A stretch of DNA of 58,900 bases, the filler included, from Sphacelaria rigidula (lineage: Eukaryota): NCBI GenBank assembly GCA_964200075.2. It is 7 parts of 7 records of this genome, joined end to end, with 100 filler letters (N's around TTAATTAATTAA, not from the genome) between each part and the next. Parts side by side here need not be neighbours in the genome. Positions count along the whole stretch, not along the records: positions 1 to 8,329 come from CAXNAA020011505.1; positions 8,430 to 16,758 come from CAXNAA020011506.1; 5 more parts are not named here. The stretch is one strand, 5' to 3'. The notes beneath the pieces were generated by a model. It worked only from the letters and a program-made list of their open reading frames with translations, was not told the origin of the DNA and did no database searches. The translations under genes were made by a program, and so were the position numbers. Of the stretch, positions 1 to 11,167 are shown piece after piece. Every line of letters begins with the position of its first letter. Position 1 is the stretch's first letter.

Positions 1-867
1 GCTTCGCTCGGCCGTAAGTGTTTTGCGTCTCACCTGCAAAAGAGAAATGCCACTTCAACCTCATTCTTTAGATGGAACCCATTTTCTAGGATCCACTGTT
101 CAATGGTAGTGTTGGTGTTACACTCTCCGACGACCCTCAAACTTTTAGAAGTTGCACTAGTTCGCAGAAATGGCATGCCTGCTCTTACGGGTCATCATCT
201 TGCCGAAATGTTACCCCGTATTGGTGTACCAGTTGACACAGAACATTTTTTGTCCCGGCGGGACAACAACTCCTTCCTCTTACGGGACATGCTAACTTGG
301 AACCTGGCGATATTTTAGGAATCACTGCCGCTCCCCTGATGCACATCCCACTCGAGACGTACGTACCAGAGCTTGCCAAGCCCAACGCACCATCTTCGAC
401 GGAGTCAGTCCATTGTGTCGATGAACCTTATTTCGACCTCGCCTCTGCGACTCCACCCCAGGTTCACACCGTGGATCCTGCCCAGTCAAGTTTCGATCCT
501 CCTGCTGAGGTGCTCCAACGCTCATCAACAGACTCTCGGAATAGTTTCTTGCAAATGTGGAACCAAGTGCCGCCACACAGGCGTGATATCAATTTTGACC
601 TTCATGGGCCCGGCTGGGAACCAGCAGTCATCCAAGAACTCAGTGATGTTCTGCTGCAGTACCAAGACCGATTTTCCCGATTCAAAACGGATATTGGGCG
701 CCGTAAAACGCTGCCTTTTGAGGTTACCCTCCAACCCGGCGTCTCGCCGATTTCTCCTCGACCATACCGGACAAACCCAATCCTTACCAAAATAGCAAAT
801 GCCATTTTAGATGCATTTTTGGGAGTGTAATTAATACAACGTTCCTCCTCTCCTTGGACCTCGCCAC

Positions 868-1491
868 TTGTGGTCGTCGCTCAAAAAGGATGGAAATATA
901 CGCAATACCGTGAATTACCAACGGTTGAACCGCGTCACTGTGACTGGTAAACTTCCAATCTCCCGCATTGATGAAGTCTTCGATTCGTTAGGCGACGGAA
1001 GAATATTTAGCACCTTCGACCTCACTTCTGGATTTTTCCAGAATGCTGTCCACCCCAAAACAGTTCCACTTACGGCCCTCTGTACGTCGTCCGGGCTCTA
1101 CGAATGACTTCGAATGCCACAAGGTGCTGCCACTGCCCCGGGGTGCTTCCAACGCTTAATGCAACGCGTCACCGAGGGTCTCGAGCACATCATCATGTAC
1201 CTAGACGACGCTATCGCTTTTGATGCCTCACCTATGGCACACATCCGCACTCTACGGGAATTTTTCTCTCGCCTACAAACACACGATTTGAAACTGTCTC
1301 CATCCAAAGCTCGCCTTGGTGTGACTGATTTGGATTTCCTGGAACATTCCATTTCGTCAGCAGGCCTACATCCGGATAGAAACAAAGTCAGAGCGATGAC
1401 TGACTTGCCGATGTCAACCAATATCTCTCAACTTCGCTCGTTGTTGGGAGGACTACCCTACTACCGCAATTGTTTGCCGAATTTATCCTAA
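868..1491 (+). pseudogene. Gypsy reverse transcriptase (disrupted)
   Basis: KKDG..R..VNYQRLN, LPISRIDE, FSTFDLTSGFFQ, MPQG..TAPGCFQRLM, YLDD, LKLSPSK. In-frame TGA at 1105-1107. Confidence 0.95.
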
Positions 1492-1599
1492 CGGATCCGC
1501 CCCCTTACTGAGTTACTCAGGAAAGGAGCCGTGTATACCTTCACCACCGATATGAGGAATATCATCCGCGAACTGCTCAAAATGCTCACCGAAAAGCAG

Positions 1600-2015
1600 A
1601 TACTCTGTTTCCCTGATTGAGAAGCAGTACAAGATGGCTCTAGACTTTTCCAACTACACACTGACGCCAGCACAGATGGATTCCAAGAGTTTTGAATCAT
1701 CCTCAGGTTCACGATTCCATTCGATCCATCCTCTACATCAGCCGCGCCACCCTGCCCAGCGAGGCCAACTGGAGCCCGCTAGAATTGGAAGGCGGAGTAA
1801 TCACCTGGGCAATTAAGTGCCTCCGACAGTATCTGTTTCACGTGCCATTTGAGATCTACACGCATCACGGGGCACCCGAACAACTCGTCAAGGTTGGCGA
1901 ACACAACCCGCGAGTACAACGATGACAGGAATTCCTGACAGCGTGCCAGGAAACCATGAAGCACCGTTCAGGCAAAAGCAACGGAAACGGTGATCTTCTT
2001 TCCCGACTACCCCTG
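1600..2015 (+). pseudogene. Gypsy RNase H (disrupted)
   Basis: FQLHTDAS (1648-1671), NWSPLELE, FEIYTHH, HRSGKSNGNGDLLSR. Stops and a frameshift are present. Confidence 0.9.
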
Positions 2016-2949
2016 CCGCCTACGGCCGCAGATTTCAGCCCGGCTTGGCGTCTGACGGAACCTGATGAACCTGGGATTTATCCTGTTAGAAGTTTTTCAA
2101 CGCCCGTTTATGCCGTTGACCTTCAGTCCCCAGAGACTGGTATGACATGGGAGGACCTCGCCCTCTACCATTTTACGCCGATTTTGGTGGGTTAAAGCCC
2201 ACTGCCTCCGATTTTGTCGATTTCCGCACTTTGGGTACTCGCGCGAAGCTTTTCACAGAGACACCATCGGTCATCCGCCCAATCTCCGATAACACGCGCT
2301 CCCGGTCTGCCGCCCTCACCACGCCCCCTAGTGCCCCGCCGCCACCGATAACATCTACAGATGCACGAGCCACGCAGCACCGGTCCCACGGACCAGTAAG
2401 CAACGCTCCGCGAAAATTACTGGAACCTGCACCACGCGCCGCGAAGAATCTTCGCCACGCATTGCTACAACCCCGCCGCCCATAACGGCGCCGCCTACAG
2501 CTACCGCTCCCGAGCATGGAGCCGAGGACTCAGCTCCTGCTCCCGGGGCAGATATTGACGTCGGCATTCCTGCCCCGTCGCCCATTCCCCCGCTGCCTAC
2601 CCCACCATGTTTGGTCGCCTTTCCAGCGGAAGACCAACTACGCGAGTTTCTCGCCAGCTGCTCTCACCGTGATTGGGCCCGCGAACAAAACGCGGAACCA
2701 CTACGTCGCGCAGCCATCCAATACTTACAGTTTGACTGCCCAGTCCCTTTTCCACCCGCCATTCTGGCCCCGGTTGGCACACTGCCACCCCTAGATATCT
2801 CTGACGTATACGAACTCGTGCGTAAAGGCACCATTTTCACTACGGATGAAGGTGTACAACTACTCGTGCGTCGACCCACGCCTTTGACGGGCGCACTTTC
2901 CGTCTCGACTACGGGGCGCCACGCACGACTCCTCAATGACGAACCAACG

Positions 2950-4165
2950 CGCATTCATGTCCCATTATTAATGCACCCCTGGGTCATTAAAGGCTGCCAC
3001 ACGGACTTGTCATGTCACCTTGGCGTCACTCGCACCTTAGCGCTCTTAGAACACTCCTACTGGTGGGTTGGCATGGAAATTCCCACCCGCTTCTGGATTC
3101 GGCGGTGCTTCAAACGCCAACCTCGAAAAACTTCACGACAGACAGTACGCTGGCCCGTCATCTCTATGAGACACTCCAACGCTCCGGGCCACCTTGTGTG
3201 CATTGACTACTTTGGCCATCTACCGATCACAGGTCGCAGCAACACCTACATCTTACTCTTCACTTACCGCTTCAGCCGCCACGCGTCCATGTACGCGGTA
3301 AGCGCTGCAGATTTCACTGCCATAGGAACGACCGATATATTGGTCCACGATTACACTAAGCACTACGGTTGCCCGAAGCGACTCCTTTCAAACAGGGGTC
3401 GGCAATTTTGCTCAGATCTCTCTGATGAGCTTGACAAGCCCCTGGGCATCCGCAAAATTGCCACGAGCGCCTACCACCCTGACGGTAACGTTGGTACCGA
3501 AAGAGTTAGTCACACCAAGGCTCAGATACTCTCTATGGTTGTCAATGACCGCCAAAATGCCGAGGACCTACACCTGTCGCACATCATGTTGTCCTACAAC
3601 AACTCGGTTAACGCCGGCACAGGCTTTTTTCCGAACGAACTCCATCTTGAACGTTACCCTCGGCTCCCCATCGCCGTGTTTGAGCGACACACGTTCTATG
3701 GCCACCACGGATTGAATCAGGATCATATATGCTATCACCAGCTAGCGCATTCACGAGAACGCGAAGCGTTTACCCTCGTGCGCGAACAACACGCTATCAA
3801 TACCTCGCGTCTTGAGAGATCTAGCACTGCTCTCTACAACCTCATGCACAAGCGCCCCAACTGGAAAGTTGGTGGGTGGGTTTGGATCTACAATGGTTTA
3901 TCGACCATCCGCCAAGGCACCAGCAAGGAAGCCAACGAAACAATTTTGAAGACAAAATTGCCCCTCAATTGGACAGGGCCATTCAAGATCCTGACAGTCG
4001 GACCATCGCCATCATCACCGGATGTTAAACCCGTTGGTGACAAACTGCTCTATCTCGACCTGCCACTCGACCTCCAGGGCAAGGACACCAAACCCCGCGT
4101 CTCCGTGGTCCGATGCGAACTCTGCATGAACCCGCATGATACAAGCGACATGCCCAAGTACCTAT
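2950..4165 (+). pseudogene. Gypsy integrase (inactive)
   Basis: CH..SCHLGVTRTL..YWWVGM zinc-finger region with the second Cys lost, CIDYFG, SNRG (catalytic D replaced by N), SAYHPDGNVGTER, and GPF motif WTGPFKI. Confidence 0.92.
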
Positions 4166-4422
4166 TGGCGATGTCTTCGGAGAGCGTATTGGGAACAAGA
4201 ATCCGACCTTCAATAGCATCGCCGTGCAATCCTCCTGTACTGGACGCAATCCCAGCATCAGCATCTTGCTCACAACAAGAAATAATCCAATATCCGTCGT
4301 GGTGCAGCAGCCCGCGAACTTCACCGCCATCAAGGAGTACGCTTCGTCGCCGATGGCTACGAACTTGTACCCAACAAGCCCTGCAAGGCAAAGTTCTGCA
4401 AAGTTCTACGCAAAAACAACGA

Positions 4423-4623
4423 ATACTACCCAAGGGCAGCTACCTTTGGTTGAAAGGCAGCGACAACCCCTGGTGGTTGGGTCAGAACCACCTCGCTAAC
4501 GTGGTTTCTGCCGACACGTACATCGTGCGCTTCATCGATGACCCTGGACCCATCCAGCACAAGCTCCGACCAGCACGATACACCACTAGCTCATCTGCCC
4601 CACGCGGATTCTGGTGCTTTCAG
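4423..4623 (+). other. PWWP/Tudor-like (Royal family) module at the end of Gypsy Pol
   Basis: ILPKGSYLWLKGSDNPWWLGQ...TYIVRFIDDPG resembles the PWWP pattern G-x-x-V-W-x-K-x(3-4)-P-W-W-P...Y-x-V-x-F. Confidence 0.55.
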
Positions 4624-5603
4624 CGACTACTACGAGCCACCGGCCATCTACGACTACTGGAGCTCTACTACTCCGTTTTTGGCTGGCGCTCGATCTCATT
4701 GGATCATCGATTTCAGACTTTGATTCCCTTGCTTCCGACCAACATGCGTTGGTCGCTACTGATCTTGCTGCTTTTTTGTCTCTGGAATCCCCCAGGTGAA
4801 AGCTCTGCTTCCTGTTGTACCTCCCTGGTTTCCTCCTTCGTTTTGCTATGACGCCGAAGCAATTTGTGCTTCTTCGTTGATCGCTAGCACGCAGAAGCAG
4901 TTTGTGCTCCCGCGTTTCGAAGCAGTATTTTCTGCTCCTCGCGTATTTGCTTCCCTTATTTTGACGTGTTGGAGTGTGGGTACGGGAGTGCTTCGTTAGG
5001 TGTGCCTTATTAGCCGCTCATGACTCTATGAGGAAAGGAAAACCTCAATTAACGTTACTTTTGAGGATGAATCCTCGCAGCTGCAATTAAGGTTTATCTG
5101 GGTGGGTTAGTGTCATGAGGAGCATATTAGCCTGTTGTCATGCGGGCTCAGATCCGTTGACGGGCCTAGCTAGATTGCATGGCTTTCAGGTTACTTCAAG
5201 ACGGCAGATCTGTTCAGAGTTGGTCAGATACGAGTCAAGAAGAGACGGGATCCCCCCGCACCTCGATTTTCTAGGGGGAGCTGTGCGCAGCAATATAACA
5301 TGCCTGCCGGCACATGAGAAATTGCGTACATGCTCGTAACCTGCATGATGCGAGTCTCTCGAGAGATTGGTAATCGCCGAACGAGGACACACAAAGGACA
5401 CAGGCGAGGAGCTTCCTTTCTGTGGTTGCTTCTCTCTCTGGTGATATCGTCATCGACACGCGTGTACACCACATTCGTTCGGTGCACCTAGCCACAACTG
5501 CTTCACTGCTGCAGACGTTTGGGGGGAAATATGGTTTCGCCCTGTGTAACTGTTTCGTTGAACCTCATTTTAGAAATCAAACCCATTCTCCAGGATCCAC
5601 TGT

Positions 5604-5880
5604 AAATACTCTACTCAAATTTGGGGCAGATTGAATATGACCGCAAATACTCTACTCAAATATTGAGTAGTTCGAGTACGGCCTCAAACACTCTATTGAA
5701 TATTTTAGTAGGTCAAGTACGGCCTCAAATACTCTACTCAACTTTTGAGTAGTTCGAGTACGGCCTCAAAGACTCTACTCAAAAGTTGAGTAGATCGAGT
5801 ACGGCCTCCAATACTCTACTCAACCATCGAGTATGCACTCTCAGTAATACTTGAGTATAGAGTATATCGCTTGGGTATGA
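5604..5880. repeat. 41-bp tandem array with internal hairpin, block 1
   Basis: Unit AAATACTCTACTCAAnnnTTGAGTAGnTCGAGTACGGCCTC starts at 5604, 5645, 5686, 5727, 5768 and 5809. Confidence 0.95.
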
Positions 5881-6297
5881 TAAGCAACCGTGACCGTCGG
5901 CGACTTCGTGACGTCACTTCACAGACTATGTTGAATACATGAGCGAACGATGGCCATCAATTAGATGAGAGGCGGTACGTCACGGGCTCCAATGAGTATG
6001 AGCGAATGATGACCATAATAAAAAGAAAAACGCGTGCAGGTGAATGGGCCTACCTGCCCCAGCTCACCTGCTCCCACCCGTGGCAGTACATACTTGACAC
6101 CTCTCCATAACATGGCAGTACATACTTGATACCTCTCAATAACCCCTTCGATATCACTCTCAGTAGAAAGCACTACTCGTCATCATTGAGTAATCGAGTA
6201 GACGCGTTGTCGGCGGGTAGGTATTATCAAAATGAGCGACTGTATTGGCCGCACATGTGACTCCTTCATGGGAGAGTCGGCAATGGTACATCAGGTC

Positions 6298-6710
6298 CGG
6301 CCTCAGATACTCTACCTAAGTTTCGGGTAGATTGAGTATGACCTCAAATACTCCACCCAAATTTTGAGTAGGTCGAGTGCGGCGTAAAATATTCTACTCA
6401 AAATTTGAGTAGATCGAGTACGACTTCCAATACTCTACTCGAATATTGAGTATCCACTCTCAGTAATACTCGAGTATAGAGTATATTACTTGGGTATGAC
6501 CTCGAGACTCTACTCAAAGTTTGAGTAGATCGAGTACGGCGTCAAATATTCTACTCAAATTTTGAGTAGGTTGAGTACGGTCTCAAATATTCTACTCAAA
6601 TTTTGAGGAGGTTGAATACGGCCTCAAATACTCTACTCAAATTTTGAAAACTAAAAGTATGACCCTTCGAAAATACTGAGTATTGAGTATACTCTACTCG
6701 AGCTGCCCTG
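6298..6710. repeat. 41-bp tandem array with internal hairpin, block 2
   Basis: About 9 further units of the same repeat. Includes the variant spacer CACTCTCAGTAATACTyGAGTATAGAGTATA also found at the end of block 1. Confidence 0.95.
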
Positions 6711-6711
6711 G

Positions 6712-7135
6712 TAATATTTGTACAATTGTACACTCCCACTTTTTCTCTTATTGCATAGAATCAAAACAAATCTCGAAAGCTGCGGGAGAGCACCTTCCCC
6801 TGTTCCTGCCAGGTGTAAAACAAGAACGACACAGGTTTTGCAGCTGCTATGGAGCATTGACGGGCACAGAGAGTTTTCTTCGAATGAAATTACGCGTTTT
6901 TTTCCACCTGAAAAGCTTTTATTTTGCAAAGCATTCTTTTTCGAACATGTCCATTTGAGTTCGGTTCTATACCACTGGTTTAATGCAAGTCGCAGGATAG
7001 TTTGGTATAAGTGTTTGACAGTATCTTCGCACGTTTGACCGAACCCAAAGCGAACACTTTCCCGCAGCGTTTGAGAGCCGTTTTGAATAGATGGAACAAG
7101 ATAACAAAACGGAACTGTTCATTGTACAAATACTG
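6712..7135. mobile_element. Diverged MITE/foldback element
   Basis: 6715-6795 (TATTTGTACAA...TCAAAAC...GCTGCGGGA) is the inverted counterpart of 7052-7132. Confidence 0.6.
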
Positions 7136-8329
7136 TAAGAATTCGGTGCTACGGTTGTTGTACAGGCGGTCAGGGTCAATATCGCGGTGAGGTTGAACCT
7201 GCTTTCGAAATGTCGCCATTTTTGTTCAAGTGGTTGGGACCACATAAGCTATTTCGCACAGTGTCATGAGGTGGAGAGGCGGTTACAGCATCTCTTTCCC
7301 AGACGCCTAGATCACGTGTTTTGTATAGATCAAGGATGTTTCCGTAGAGGAACAGTCATTGAGGATCTTGAAGTTGTCGGGTTTGACTAGTAGGTGGGTC
7401 GGATTGATGTCCCCCAGCCCCTTGAAGCGGTAACGTCTCGGCTGTAGATAGAGACTCGGCATGGGACTTGATCGTGTCCTTGCCTACGTTGCTCACTCTA
7501 TCGAGCTGGGACATTCTTCTGCATCAACCGCTACTTTTGCCATCTGGTGAACACGAGTGAGAGCTACAAGGAAGAATTCAAGCGGCGATAAACAAGTGAG
7601 AACAAGCCTGTTTGATCAATAAGCACGTACATCTATTGTTTCACAGGCAAAGTGATGCATTGGTCAGGCGTGCAACATAGCCTCTAGATGGGTTGCATTG
7701 TGTAGGCAAGGCATCCTAGGATCCTCTATTACAGCTTACAACGGCTACACTTATAATGCAATACCTCCAATCAAGGGTAGATCTTACCTGTCGAGTCCGA
7801 TCAGCTCTGCAGAAGGGCGGTACGCAATGAGCACTGTGTATAGCATGTGGATCGATCCTTGGTGAAGGGTGGGTGGCGTCGTATTCAGTGTTCAGACAGT
7901 GGTCGAGTGCAGTTCATTATCAAGTGGCGAATATTGCTTTCAGAGATCGTTTGGGGTTTGTTTTTCTTCTGAGCGGATGGGGGTCACAGGCAGTCGCCTA
8001 TCCCATGTTTTAGTATCTCATCCTTGAGCGGGTTAAGGTGTCAGGGTCCGCATTTGAATCACTTCATAGTCTTCTCTACAGGATCATTATTGATCCTGTA
8101 ACTTCCCCCCCAATAGATTCGCCAAGTGTTTCACTAGACATACAACAGAGGATTCTATAAAATGAGGTTCATCAATGAAATGAGGTTCGATCTCGAAACA
8201 GTACTTTCTCCACGCTTTCAGCGATGGTGCCCAATGACTTTCTTGTCGGCCTAATGCCCCTCGATCGCGTAGATACTTCTTCAGCGCATTTTGTCGACTC
8301 TGTGAGCTTACAGCGCTGTCCGAAACCGC

Positions 8330-8429
8330 NNNNNNNNNNNNNNNNNNNNNNNNNNNNNNNNNNNNNNNNNNNNTTAATTAATTAANNNNNNNNNNNNNNN
8401 NNNNNNNNNNNNNNNNNNNNNNNNNNNNN
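8330..8429. other. Artificial scaffold-joining linker
   Basis: 44 N + TTAATTAATTAA (stops in six frames) + 44 N. Confidence 0.99.
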
Positions 8430-9040
8430 AATGCTGTTGAGGGACTCCCCAGCACTTCTGGCCTCAAGGTTCTCAGTTGTCAGCCTTTACAACACCACAT
8501 CATTATCTCGGAGTGAAACCCCTGCAGCCCTGCACCATCTGGCCTGGGCTACACATCAAGGGTCATCATCCACAGGATGCCCTTGTCCCCCGGTCATTAT
8601 CCAGTATCCACTATATACTCAACCGTGACAGCGTGATTTCGCCACAAATCTCATACCTGCGATACCTACGTATACCACGGTATCGGGTACCCCGGTGAAT
8701 ACCGGGGGTACGCTCGGTACGGTACCTTACCGACGGTGCCTGTGGAAAAGTTGTATTCTTGGCAAGATTTAAAAGTTTCTCCGTTCTCCATCGGCTTCCG
8801 GGGGTCCCAGCAGAAAGACCCCCGGAAATCGATACGGAATGCCTCAACACCAAAAGTTTGACATCTTAGGGTTAGGTGGTATCACAAGGAACATGTGTAT
8901 AAAATCTCGTTGCTCAACTCGAAAAACTGAATCGGCTGGGTCTTGTACCGTAGAAACAACCCTAAAAAAGGGCGATTCTGTACTATAATCAAGTAATTAG
9001 ACGGGGCACGCAGACTTTTTATACTTCATTGTATGTTTTT

Positions 9041-9332
9041 GGCATTTCATCACGCCGTTTTACCGAGTTAGGTCACGAAAGTTTGCACACATGTCCTGGT
9101 GGGCACTACGAAAAACTCGAAGACCGTTTTTTCTTTTAATTGTTTTGTTCTTTCACCAGTTATCCAGGATCGCGGTTGACCAAGTTGACCGGGGGGGGGT
9201 GCGAATCCCGGCTATCTCGATCCCAAAACCCCAAATCGAAAAACCCCGGTCTTCGAGTTATAGATAGTGCCCTCGAGAATATGTGTGCAAATTTTCGTGG
9301 TCTAACTCGAAAAAACGGCGTGAGGAAATGCC
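9041..9332. mobile_element. MITE/foldback with ~90-bp inverted arms
   Basis: GGCATTTCATCACGCCGTTT...TTTGCACACAT...AACTCGAAGACCG (9041-9130) versus its reverse complement at 9242-9332. Confidence 0.8.
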
Positions 9333-9574
9333 GGGGAATAAATTCTGGGTATTCAATCTGAACCAGCTCGTACACAAACAACGAAGACACTGTGATCACC
9401 ATGTAGTGACTTTATCCCGCCGTAGCGATTAGCACCAGAGTGGTCTGTTACCATCTAAGAATTACCGTGCCTTCCCAAGGTGGCTGGTTCATGTACCGAT
9501 GAGTACCAGGGAGATCAGTTTTCAATCCAAATTCCCCGTGCATTTCCGTGACGGGCGGTTACCACCATCGCCGC

Positions 9575-9653
9575 GCCCCGATGGTGTAATGGTCTGACAG
9601 TCGCCATTGGGGTGGAAAGAACGAGGGTTCGATTCCCGACGTGCCGTTTTTTT
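9575..9653 (+). pseudogene. tRNA-derived sequence (tRNA pseudogene or SINE head)
   Basis: A box TGGTGTAATGG 9582-9592, B box GGTTCGATTCC 9626-9636, T7 run 9647-9653. Acceptor and T stems pair poorly, so it is not a functional tRNA. Confidence 0.65.
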
Positions 9654-10043
9654 CTTCGTAGTATGTGATTCCACTGTGGAAAGCGTGAGAACGTGAGTAA
9701 ACAAAGTCGTCGACTGAGTTTGTTTGACGTGAGTTGACGCGGTGCGGGCTGGCCCAACTCGCGAGACCAAAGCGCAACGCGTGTACCGGGGAGAGATGGG
9801 TTGATCCCTTGAAACCACGGACTCGTCCCGCACACGTGGCCACTGGGGCACCTGGAGCGTGGCATTTCGGACCCTCCAGACCCTCCGCAAGATAGGTTGC
9901 CGTGGAGGGTCAGAAAGTTGACGGTGATAGGGTGGAACCCATTACAGGTTGCGTCACAGTAGAGCTTCGCTGCTTTTTGGCTGTTGCAGTCCACTCCACG
10001 ACGGTACGTGCTAAACCAATCGCGGTCGTCTTCTTGTCGAAAA

Positions 10044-10088
10044 AAACCCACACCAAACCCACACCAAACCCACACCAAACCCACACCC
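10044..10088. repeat. 11-bp minisatellite (AAACCCACACC)x4
   Basis: Read directly from the sequence. Confidence 0.9.
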
Positions 10089-11167
10089 CACGAAGTAGTT
10101 ATCCTAAATGTCCCGAGTATCTTGTTACTCAAGAGGAAGGCTGTCTCACCGCGGAAACGATTCTTGAACCGCCCTTCAGGGTTTTCGCAACGTTGAGCAA
10201 AATATTTTCATCGTGCAGTCAGGTACACGTTGTGCAGCATTCAGTAGATAGAGTGCCGTACGATTCAAGAGTAGGTATTATATGGTCGGCCGTTTGCGAA
10301 GGGATCTACGGTTCCAGCCCACTTCACGGTGGTATGTGCTACGAGATGCCTCGGCCCGAATCAGGACACTTGATTCACTTTATTATCACGTATTTGATCT
10401 CCAGCGATGTTCGAACACGCAGTTCTCATGGTACCCCCGATAGCTTCGGTTCGAGCTTTTCATATTCTATGCTGGGACGGTAAGATCAAGAGTTATGCTC
10501 CAGGTCCGGGCTGTGTGACCGGTGTGCACCACAGGAAGGGTCATTGCACCGCTGACTTATGTTGCCCGTCATGGCGAACACCCCAAAAAATACAGCCTGA
10601 CGACCCTTACACTTGGTACTTCGTGATGGGGTGTACTTTCCACATTTGGGACATTTCACACGTTTTTTGGTTCCCCAAACAGGGACTATCGCCATCACAC
10701 GTCGTGGCCACTTTGCATCGTCCCGCCGAGGAGTCTAGCCTCTTTTTCAGATTCGCTTCGCTCCAAGTTTTCGAGAATGACCTCTTCTGGGCGAGAATAC
10801 GACTGGGGGGGAAAATGCAGTGCGTGCAAACAGAGGATCCTGGAAAATGGGGTTGAACATTGAAATGGCTCTCAAATACATTCCGAAAATTCTCACGTTT
10901 TCGGCAATAGTTTTGCCTGAACAACCAACTGAGGACTTTATTGTCTGTTGAAACTTTCCTCAGCTTGCCTTCTCACGCATGGTTGCTCCGGTGTCTGAAG
11001 CCATTTCTATATATCTCACTTTCGTACATTCGAAACGGCGCTCACCAGGTGAAGGAAGTCGCTTTCATCGGATTCCCTCGTATTTGAAGAACGTGATGCT
11101 GGGGGGCTTTCCGAGCCCGAGGAAAATTCGCAGACGGCAGGAAGATTTCCATCTATAAATTCTCCGG

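Larger units (their letters stand above)
1..4700 (+). mobile_element. Degenerate Ty3/Gypsy LTR retrotransposon, pol region (RT-RNaseH-IN-chromo remnant-PWWP-like), 5' part cut by scaffold start
   Basis: Domain order RT (868-1491), RNase H (~1600-2015), integrase (~2950-4165) is the Gypsy order. Multiple stops and frameshifts. No LTR pair found. Confidence 0.95.

Noticed and set aside
2611-4851. Intact 746-aa protein
   Set aside because: A catalytic Asp and a zinc-finger Cys are lost. Between ~4165 and ~4400 the ORF reads an off-frame, and the true frame contains stops.
5133-5498. Solo or 3' LTR (TGTTG...CAACT)
   Set aside because: The ends are only approximately TG...CA, with no TSD and no second copy in the window.
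5604-6710. CRISPR array
   Set aside because: The palindromic repeats are directly adjacent with no unique spacers. Eukaryotic context and no cas genes.
7307-7462. Minus-strand RFKGLGDINP resembling the GyrB/ParE RYKGLGEMNP motif
   Set aside because: Only ~50 codons with no other topoisomerase motif, so probably chance.
8374-8385. Recurrent TTAATTAATTAA as a biological motif
   Set aside because: Always centred in 44N+44N, so it is a synthetic linker.
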